Below, piece by piece: positions 53,001 through 64,000 of a stretch of DNA of 64,000 bases. Origin of the DNA: Eledone cirrhosa (taxonomy: Eukaryota). Location of the stretch: positions 66,712,001-66,776,000 of the forward strand of contig OZ024744.1 of assembly GCA_964016885.1 (NCBI GenBank), written 5' to 3'. Each line of letters starts with the position of its first letter. The stretch's first letter is position 1. The position numbers and the translations under genes were made by a program. The notes below the pieces were generated by a model. The model worked only from the letters and a program-made list of their open reading frames with translations, did no database searches and was not told the origin of the DNA.

Positions 53001-56000
53001 CACTGTGGTACCTACTTACAGCTAGGTGGACAGTTGACAGTGGAGTGTCTTGGTTATAGACAGAGTACAGTGAACTATACCACACTGTGGTACCTACTTA
53101 CTGCTTGGTGGACTGTTGACTGTTAAGTGTCTTGGTTATAGACACAGTACAGTGAACTCTACCACACTGTGGTACCTACTTACAGCTAGGTGGACTGTTG
53201 ACAGTGGAGTGTCTTGGTTATAGACACACTACAGTGAACTATACCACACTGTGGTACCTACTTACAGCTAACTGGACTGTTGACAATGGAGCGTCTTGGT
53301 CATAGACACATTACAGTGAACTATACCACACTGTGGTACCTACTTACAGCTAGGTCGATTGGACTGTTGACAGTTAAGTGTCTGGTTATAGACACAGTAA
53401 AGTGAACTATACCACACTGTGGTACCTACTTACAGCTAGGTGGACTTTTGACAGTTAAGTGTCTTGGTTATAGACACAGTACAGTGAAGTATATCACACT
53501 GTGGTACCTACTTACAGCTAGGTGGACTGTTGACAGTTAAGTTTCTTGGTTATAGACACAGTACAGTAAACTATAGCACACTGTGGTATCTACTTACAGC
53601 TAGGTGGACTGTTGACAGTTAATTGTCTTGGTTATAGACACAGTATAGTGAACTATACCACACTGTGCTACCTACTGACTGCTATGTGGACTGATGACAG
53701 TGGAGTATCTTACTTATAGACACAGTTCAGTGAACTATATCACACTGTGGTCCCTACTTACAGCTAGGTGGACTGTTGACAGTTAAGTATCTTAGTTATA
53801 GACACAGTACAGTGAACTATATCACACTGTGGTACCTACTTACAGCAAGGTGGACTGTTGACAGTGGAGTGTCTTGGTTATAGACACAGTACAGTGAACT
53901 ATACCACACTGTGGTACCTACTGACTGCTATGTGGACTGTTGACAGTGGAGTATCTTACTTGTAGACACAGTTCAGTGAACTATATCACACCGTGGTACC
54001 TCCTTACAGCTAGGTGGACTGTTGACAGTTAAGTATCTTGGTTATAGACACAGTACAGAGAAATATACCACACTGTGGTACCTACTTACAGCTAGCTGGA
54101 CTGTTGACAGTTAAGTGTCTTGTTTGTAGACACAGTACAGTGAACTATTGCACACTGTGGTACCTACTTACAGCTAGGTGGACTCTTGACAGTTAAGTGT
54201 CTTGGTTATAGACACAGTACAGTGAACTATACCACACTGTGGTACCTACTTATAGCTAGGTGGACTGTTGATAATTAAGTGTTTTGGTTATAGACACAGT
54301 ACAGTGAACTATACCACACTGTGGTACCTACTTACAGCTAGGTGGACTGTTGACAGTTAAGTGTCTTGGTTATAGACACAGTATAGTAAACTATACTACA
54401 CTGTGGTACCTACTTACAGCTAGGTGGACAGTTGACAGTGGAGTGTCTTGGTTATAGACACAGTACAGTGAACTATACCACACTGTGGTGCCTACTTACA
54501 GCTAGGTGGACTGTTGACAGTTAAGTGTCTTGGTTATAGACACAGTATAGTGAACTATACCACACTGTGGTACCTACTTACAGCTAGCTGGACTGTTGAC
54601 AGTTAAGTGTCTTGGTTATAGACACAGTACAGTGAACTATTGCACACTGTGGTACCTACTTACAGCTAGGTGGACTGTTGACAGTGGAGTATCTTAGTTA
54701 TGGACACAGTACAGTGAACTATACCAGACTGTGGTACCTACTTACAGCTAGGTGAACTGTTGACAGTTAAGTGTATTGGTTATAGACAGAGTACAGTGAA
54801 ATATATCACACTGTGGTACCTACTTACAGCTAGTTGGACTGTTGACAATGGAGTGTCTTGGTCATAGACACATTACAGTGAACTATACCACACTGTGGTA
54901 CCTACTTACAGCTAGGTGGACTGTTGACAGTTAAGTTTCTTGGTTATAGACACAGTATAGTGAACTATACCACACTGTTGTACCTACTGACTGCTATGTG
55001 GATTGTTGACAGTGGAGTATCTTACTTATAGACACAGTTCAGTGAACTATATCACACTGTGGTACCTCCTTACAGTTAGGTGGACTGTTGACAGTTAAGT
55101 ATCTTGGTTATAGACACAGTACAGTGAACTATACCACACTGTGGTACCTACTTACAGCTAGCTCGACTGTTGACAGTTAAGTGTCTTGTTTATAGACACA
55201 GTTCAGTGAACTATACCACACTGAGGTACCTACTTACAGCTAGGTGGACTGTTGACAGTGGAGTATCTTGGTTATAGATACAGTACAGTGAACTATAGCA
55301 CACTGTGGTACCTACTTATAGGTAGGTGGACTGTTGACAGGTAAGTGTTTTGGTTATAGACACAGTACAGTGAACTATACCACACTGTGGTACCTACTTA
55401 CAGCTAGGTGGACTGGTGACAGTTAAGTGTCTTGGTTATAGACACAGTACAGTGAACTATACCACACTGTGGTACCTACTTACTGCTAGTTGGACTGTTG
55501 ACATTGGAGTGTCTTGGTTATAGACATAGTACAGTGAACTATACCACACTGTGGTACCTACTTACAGCTAGGTGGACTGTTGACAGTTAAGTGTCTTGGT
55601 TATAGACACAGTACAGTGAACTATACCACACTGTGGTACCTACTTATAGCTAGGTGGACTGTTGACAGTGGAGTGTCTTGGTCATAGACACAGTACAGTA
55701 AACTATACTACACTGTGGTATCTACTTACAGCTAGGTGGACTGTTGACAGTTAAGTGTCTTGGTTATAGACACAGTACAGTGAACTATACCACACTGTGG
55801 TACCTACTTACAGCTAGGTGGACTGTTGACAGTGGAGTGTCTTGGTTATAGACACAGTACCGTGAACTATACAGCACTGTGGTACATACTTACAGCTAGC
55901 TGGACTGATGACAGTTAAGTGTCTTGGTTATAGACACAGTACCATGAACTATACCACACTGTGCTATCTACTTACAGCTAGGTGGACTGTTGAGAGTTAA

Positions 56001-59000
56001 GTGTCTTGGTTATAGACACAGTACAGTGAACTATACCACACTGTGGTACCTACTTACAGCTAGGTGGACTGTTGACAGCGGAGTGTCTTGGTTATAGACA
56101 CAGTACAGTGAACTATACCACACTGTGGTACCTACTTACAGCTAGGTGGACTGTTGACAGTTAAGTATCTTGGTTATAGACACAGTACAGTGAACTATAC
56201 CACACTGTGGTACCTACTTACAACTAGGTGGACTGTTGACAGTTAAGTGTCTTGGTTATAGACACAGTACAGTGAACTATACCACCCTGTGTTACCTACT
56301 TATAGCTAGGTGGACTGTTGACAGTGGAGTATCTTGGTTATAGAGACAGTACAGTGAACTATAGCACACTGTGGTACCTACTTCCAGCTAGGTGAACTGT
56401 TGACAGTGGAGTGTCATGGTTATAGACACAGTACAGTGAACTATACGACACTGTCGTACCTACTTATAGCTAGGTGGACTGTTGACAGTGGAGTGTCTTG
56501 GTTATAGACACAGGACAGTGAACTATAGCACAATGTGGTACCTACTTATAGCTAGGTGGACTGTTGACAGTAGATTGTCTTGGTTATAGACACAGTACCG
56601 TGAACTATACCACACTGTTTTATCTACTTACAGCTAGGTGGCCTCTTGACAGTGGAGTATCTTGGTTATAGACACAGTACAGTGAACTATACCAGACTGT
56701 GGTACCTACTTACAGCTAGGTGGATTGTTGACAGTGGAGTGTCTTGGTTATAGACACAGTACAGTGAAATATACCACACTGTGGAACCTACTTACAGCTA
56801 GGTGGACTGTTGACAATGGAGTGTCTTGGTCATAGACACATTACAGTGAACTATACCACACTGTGGTACCTACTTACAGCTAAGTGGACTGGACTGTTGA
56901 CAATTAAGTGTGTTGGTTATAGACACAGTACACTGAACTATACCACACTGTGGTACCTACTTACAACTAGGTGGACTGTTGACAGTGGAGTATCTTAGTT
57001 ATAGACACAGTACATTGAACTATACAAGACTGTGGTACCTACTTACAGATAGGTGGACTGTTGACAGTTAAGTGTCTTGGTTATAGACACAGTACAGTTA
57101 AATACATCACACTGTGGTACCTACTTACAGCTAGGTGGACTGTTGACAGATAAGTATCTTGGTTATAGACACAGTACAGTGAACTATAGCAGACTGTGGT
57201 ACCTACTTACAGCTAGGTGGACTGTTGACAGTTAAGTGTCTTGGCTATAGACACAGTACAGTGAACTATACCACCCTGTGGTACCTACTTATAGCTAGGT
57301 GGACTGTTGACAGTGGAGTGTCTTGGTTATAAACACAGTACAGTGAACTATACCACACTGTGGTACCTACTTACAGCTAGGTGGACTGTTGACAGTGGAG
57401 TGTCTTGGTTATAGACAGAGTACAGTGAACTATACCACACTGTTGTACCTACTTACAGCTAGGTGGACTGTTGACAGTTAAGTGTCTTAGTTATAGACAC
57501 AGTACAGTGAACTATACCACACTGTGGTACCTATTTACAGCAAGATGGACTGTTGACAGTGGAGTATCTGAGTTATAGACTCAGTACAGTGAACTATACC
57601 AGACTGTGGTACCCACTTACAGCTAGGTGGACTGTTGACAGTTAAGTGTCTTGATTATAGACACAGTACAGTGAACTCTACCACACTGTGGTACCTACTT
57701 ACAGCTAGGTGGACTGTTGACAGTGGAGTGTCTTGGTTATAGACACAGTACCATGAACTATACAACACTGTGGTACATACTTACAGCGAGTTGGACTGTT
57801 GACAGTTAAGTGTCTTCGTTATAGACACTGTACCGTGAACTATACCACACTGTGGTATCTACTTACGGCTAGGTGGACAGTTGACAGTGGAGTGTCTTGG
57901 TTTTAGACACAGTACAGTGAACTGTACCACACTGTGGTACCTACTTACAGCTAGGTGGACTGTTGACAGTGGAGTGTCTTGGTTATAGACACACTACAGT
58001 GAACTATACCACACTGTGGTACCTACTTACAGCTAGGTGGACTGTTGACAGTTAAGTATCTTGGATATAGACACAGTACAGTGAACTATACCACACTGTG
58101 GTACCTACTTAAGCTAGTTGGACTGTTGACAGTTAAGTGTCTAGGTTATAGACACAGTACAGTGAACTATAGCACACTGTGGTACCTACTTACATCTAGG
58201 TGGACTGTTGACAGTTAAGTATCTTGGTTATAGACACAGTACAGTGAACTATACCAGACTGTGGTACCTACTTATAGCTAGGTGGACTGTTGACAGTGGA
58301 GTATCTTGTTTATAGACACAGTACAGTGAACTATAGCACACTGTGGTACCTACTTACAGCTAGGTGGACTGTTGACGGTGGACTGTCTTGCTTATAGACA
58401 CAGTACAGTGAACTATACAACACTGTGGGCCCTACTTATAGCTAGGTGGACTGTTGACAGTTAAGTGTCTTGGTTATAGACACAGTACAGTGAACTATAC
58501 CAGACTGTGGTACCTACTTATAGCTAGGTGGACTGTTGACAGTGGAGTGTCTTGGTTATAGACACAGTACAGTGAACTATAGCACACTGTGGTACCTACT
58601 TACAGCTATGTGGACTGTTGACAGTGGAGTGTCTTGGTTATAGACACATTACAGTGAACTATACCAGACTGTGGTACCTACTTACAACTAGGTGGACTGT
58701 TGACAGTGGAGTGTCTTGGTTATAGACACAGTACAGTGAACTATACCACACTGTGGTACCTACTTACAGCTAGGTGGACTGTTGACAGTGGAGTGTCTTG
58801 GTTATAGACACAGTACAGTGAATTATATCTCACTGTGGTACCTACTTACAGCTAGGTGGACTGTTGACAGTGGAGTATCTTAGTTATAGACACAGTACAG
58901 TGAACTGTACCAGACTGTGGTACCTACTTACAGCTAGGTGGACTGTTGACAATGGAGTATCTTGGTCATAGACACATTACAGTGAACTATACCACCCTGT

Positions 59001-62000
59001 TGTACCTACTTACAGCTAGGTGGACGGTTGACAGTGGAGTATCTTACTTACAGACACAGTACAGTGAACTATATCACACTGTGGTACCTACTTACAGCTA
59101 GGTGGACTGTTGACAGTTAAGTATCTTGGTTATAGACACAGTACAGTGAACTATACCACACTGTGGTACCTACTTAAGCTAGCTGGACTGTTGACAGTTA
59201 AGTGTCTTGTTTATAGACACAGTACAGTGAACTATTGCACAGTGTGGTAACTACTTACAGCTATGTGCACTGTTGAGAGTTAAGTGTCTTGGTTATAGAC
59301 ACAGTACAGTGAACTATACCACACTGTGGTACCTACTTATAGCTAGGTGGACTGTTGATAATTAAGTGTCTTGGTTATAGACACAGTACAGTGAACTATA
59401 TCACACTGTGGCACCTACTTACAGCTGAGTGGACTGGACTGTTCACAGTTAAGTATCTTAGTTATAGAAACAGTACAGTGAACTATACCACACTGTGGTA
59501 CCTACTTACAGCTAGGTGGACTGTTGACAGTTAAGTGTCTTGGTTATAGACACAGTACAGTGAACTATACCACACTGTGGTACCTACTTACAGCTAGGTG
59601 GACTGTAGACAGTGGAGTATCTTAGTTATAGACACAGTACAGTAAACTATACCAGACTGTGGTACCTACTTACAGCTAGGTAGACTGTTGACAGTGGAGT
59701 GTCTTGGTTATAGACACAGTACAGTGAACTATATCACACCGTGGTACCTACATACAGCTAGGTGGACTGTTGACAGTGGAGTGTCTTGGTTATAGACACA
59801 GTACAGTGAACTATACCACACTGTGGTACATACTTATACCTAGGTGGACTGTTGACAGTTAAGTGTCTTGGTTATATACACAGTATAGTGAACTATATCA
59901 CACTGTGGTACCTACTGACTGTTATGTGGACTTTTGACAGTGGAGTATCTTACTTATAAACACAGTTCAGTGAACTATATCACACTGTGGTACCACCTTG
60001 AAGCTAGGTGGACTGTTGACAGTTAAGTATCTTGTTTATAGACACAGTACAGTGAACTATACCACACTGTGGTACCTACTTACAGCTAGCTGGATTGTTG
60101 ACAGTTAAGTGTCTTGTTTATAGACACAGTACAGTGAACTATACCACACTGTGGTACCTACTTACAGCTAGGTGGACTGTTGAGAGTGGAGTATCTTGGT
60201 TATAGATACAGTACAGTGAATTATAGCACACTGTGGTACCTACATACAGCTAGGGCGACTGTTGACAGTGGAGTGTCTTGGTTATAGACACAGTACAGTG
60301 AACTATATAACACTGTGGTACCTACTTATAGCTAGGTGGACTGTTGACAATGGAGTATCTTGGTTATAGACACAGTACAGTGAACTATAGCACACTGTGG
60401 TACCTACTTACAGCTAGGTGGACTGTTTGCAGTGGAGTGTCTTGGTTATAGACACAGTACAGTGAACTATACCAGACTGTGGTACCTACTTATAGGTAGG
60501 TGGACTGTTGACAGTGGAGTATCTTCGTTATAGACACAGTACAGTGAACTATAGCACACTGTGGTACCTACTTACAGCTAGGTGGACTGTTGACAGTGGA
60601 GTGTCTTGGTAATAGACACAGTACAGTGAACTATAGCACACTGTGGTACCTACTTACAGCTAGGTGGACTGTTGACAGTGGAGTGTCTTGGTTATAGACA
60701 CAGTACAGTGAACTATACCAGACTGTGGTACCTACTTAGAGCTAGGTGGACGGTTTACAGTTAAGTGTCTTGGTTATAGACACAGTTCAGTGAACTATAC
60801 CACACTGTGGTACCTACTTACAGCTAGGTGGACTGTTGACAGTGGAGTGTCTTGGTTATAGACACAGTACAGTGAACTATATCACACTGTAGTACCTACT
60901 TACAGCTAGGTGGACGGTTGACAGTGGAGTGTCTTGCTTATAGACACAGTACAATGAACTATATCACACTGTGGTACCTACTTACAGCTAGGTGGACTGT
61001 TGACAGTTAAGTGTCTTGGTTATAGACACAGTATAGTAAACTATACTACACTGTGGTACCTACTTACAACTAGGTGGACAGTTGACAGTGGAGTGTATTG
61101 GTTATAGACACAGTACAGTGAAATATATCACACTGTGGTACCTACTTACAGCTAGGTGGACTGTTGACAGTGGAGTGTCTTGGTCATAGACACATTACAG
61201 TGAACTATACCACACTGTGGTACCTACTTACAGCTAGGTGGACTGTTGACAGTTAAGTTTCTTGGTTATAGACACAGTATAGTGAACTATACCACACTGT
61301 GGTAACTAGTGACTGCTATGTGGACTGTTGACAGTGGAGTATCTTACTTATAGACACAGTACAGTGAACTCTAGCACACTGTGGTACCTACTTACATCTA
61401 GGTGGACTGTTGACAGTTAAGTATCTTGGTTATAGACACAGTACAGTGAACTATACCAGACTGTGGTACCTACTAATAGCTAGGTGGACTGTTGACAGTG
61501 GAGTATCTTGGTTATAAACACAGTACAGTGAACTATAGCACACTGTGGTACCTACTTACAGCTAGGTGGACTGTTGACAGTGGAGTGTCTTGGTTATAGA
61601 CACAGTAGAGTGAACTATACAACACTGTGGTACCTACTTATAGCTAGGTGGACTGTTGACAGTGGAGTATCTTGGTTATAGACACAGTACATTTAACTAT
61701 AGCACACTGTGGTACCTACTTACAGCTATGTGGACTGTTGACAGTGGAGTGTCTTGGTTATAGACACAGTACAGTGAACTATACCAGACTGTGTTAGCTA
61801 CTTAGAGCTAGCTGGACGGTTTACAGTTAAGTGTCTTGGTTATAGACACAGTACAGTGAACTATATCACACTGTGGTACCTACTTACAGCTAGGTGGACG
61901 GTTGACAGTGGAGTGTCTTGCTTATAGACACAGTACAGTGAACTATATCACACTGTGGCACCTACTTACAGCTGAGAGGACTGGACTGTTGACAGTTAAG

Positions 62001-64000
62001 TGTCTTAGTTATAGAAACAGTACAGTGAACTATACCACACTGTGTTACATACTTACAGCTAGGTGGACTGTTGACAGTGGAGTATCTTAGTTATAGACAC
62101 AGTACAGTAAACTATACCAGACTGTGGTACCTACTTACAGCTAGGTGGACTGTTGACAGTGGAGTGTCTTGGTTATAGGCACAGTACAGTGAACTATATC
62201 ACACCGTGGTACATACTTAAATCTAGGTGGACAGTTGACAGTGGAGTGTCTTGGTTATAGACACAGTACAGTGAACTATACCACACTGTGGTACCTACTT
62301 ACAGCTAGGTGGACTGTTGACAGTTAAGTGTCTTGGTTATAGACACAGTATAGTGAACTATATCACACTGTGGTACCTACTGACTGCTATGTGGACTTTT
62401 GACAGTGGAGTATCTTACTTATAAACACAGTTCAGTGAACTATATCACACTGTGGTACCACCTTACAGCTAGGTGGACTGTTGACAGTTAAGTATCTTGG
62501 TTATAGACACAGTACAGTGAACTAGACCACACTGTGGTACCTACTTACAGCTAGCTGGATTGTTGACAGTGGAGTATCTTAGTTATAGACACAGTACAGT
62601 AAACTATACCAGACTGTGGTACCTACTTACAGCTAGGTGGACTGTTGACAGTGGAGTATCTTCGTTATAGATACAGTACAGTGAATTATAGCACACTGTG
62701 GTACCTACATACAGCTAGGGAGACTGTTAACAGTGGAGTGTCTTGGTTATAGAAACAGTACAGTGAACTATACCACACTGTGGTACATACTTACAGCTAG
62801 CTGGACTGTTGACAGTTAAGTGTCTTGGTTATAGACACAGTACAGTGAACTATAGCACACTGTGGTACCTACTTACAGCTAGGTGGACTGTTGACAGTTA
62901 AGTATCTTGGTTATAGACACAGTACAGTGAACTATACCAGACTGTGGTACCTACTTATAGCTAGGTGGACTGTTGACAGTGGAGTATCTTAGTTATAGAC
63001 ACAGTATAGTGAACTATAGCACACTGTGGTACCTACTTACAGCTAGGTGGACTGTTGACAGTGGAGTGTCTTGGTTATAGACACAGTACAGTGAACTATA
63101 GCACACTGTGGTACCTACTTACAGCTAGGTGGACTGTTGACAGTGGAGTGTCTTGGTAATAGACACAGTACAGTGAACTATAGCACACTGTGGTACCTAC
63201 TTACAGCTAGGTGGACTGTTGACAGTGGAGTGTCTTGGTTATAGACACAGTACAGTGAACTATACCAGACTGTGGTACCTACTTAGAGCTAGGTGGACGG
63301 TTTACAGTTAAGTGTCTTGGTTATAGACACAGTTCAGTGAACTATACCACACTGTGGTACCTACTTACAGCTAGGTGGACTGTTGACAGTGGAGTGTCTT
63401 GGTTATAGACACAGTACAGTGAACTATATCACACTGTAGTACCTACTTACAGCTAGGTGGACGGTTGACAGTGGAGTGTCTTGCTTATAGACACAGTACA
63501 ATGAACTATATCACACTGTGGTACCTACTTACAGCTAGGTGGACTGTTGACAGTTAAGTGTCTTGGTTATAGACACAGTATAGTAAACTATACTACACTG
63601 TGGTACCTACTTACAACTAGGTGGACAGTTGACAGTGGAGTGTATTGGTTATAGACACAGTACAGTGAAATATATCACACTGTGGTACCTACTTACAGCT
63701 AGGTGGACTGTTGACAGTGGAGTGTCTTGGTCATAGACACATTACAGTGAACTATACCACACTGTGGTACCTACTTACAGCTAGGTGGACTGTTGACAGT
63801 TAAGTTTCTTGGTTATAGACACAGTATAGTGAACTATACCACACTGTGGTAACTAGTGACTGCTATGTGGACTGTTGACAGTGGAGTATCTTACTTATAG
63901 ACACAGTACAGTGAACTCTAGCACACTGTGGTACCTACTTACATCTAGGTGGACTGTTGACAGTTAAGTATCTTGGTTATAGACACAGTAGAGTGAACTA
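41029..64000. repeat. 82-bp satellite DNA array (~280 monomers, continues beyond window)
   Basis: Consensus GGACTGTTGACAGT(TA/GG)AGTGTCTTGGTTATAGACACAGTACAGTGAACTATACCACACTGTGGTACCTACTTACAGCTAGGT; first two monomers start at 41029 and 41111. Confidence 0.98.

Noticed and set aside
41445-62090. Short ORFs in the satellite
   Set aside because: Chance read-through of an 82-bp unit (not a multiple of 3) with frequent stops.
41029-64000. CRISPR array
   Set aside because: Monomers are contiguous with no unique spacers, there are no cas genes, and the context is eukaryotic.
41029-64000. RAG recombination-signal array (CACAGTG heptamer on the minus strand of each monomer, TCTATAACC 22 bp away)
   Set aside because: The nonamer match is only 6/9 and lacks the A-tract. 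There are no coding segments or RAG/Transib ORF, and the heptamer is explained by the dyad.

Overview
Eukaryotic, repeat-dominated genomic DNA with no recognisable host protein-coding gene. The repeat inventory resembles an invertebrate genome, most like a coleoid cephalopod such as Octopus; this is inference only. Left 41 kb: a near full-length but frameshifted L1/Tx1-clade LINE (1-4477) lying tail-to-tail with a Dong/R4-type fragment across an (ATT)n tract. It also holds two RTE-clade LINE copies in inverted orientation (19.5-23.8 kb) whose RT carries a PHD finger, an old CpG-eroded copy of the Tx1 family, many tRNA-derived SINEs (often tandem), hAT- and piggyBac-type MITEs, and long simple-sequence arrays. 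Two copies of a short element fold like a minimal type I hammerhead ribozyme but have a non-canonical core. Right 23 kb (41029 to window end): an 82-bp dyad-rich satellite of about 280 monomers, with two monomer classes and 11-, 31- and 58-monomer duplications. Most ORFs in the supplied track are artefacts of simple repeats or antisense reading. All alignments and folds were done by eye.
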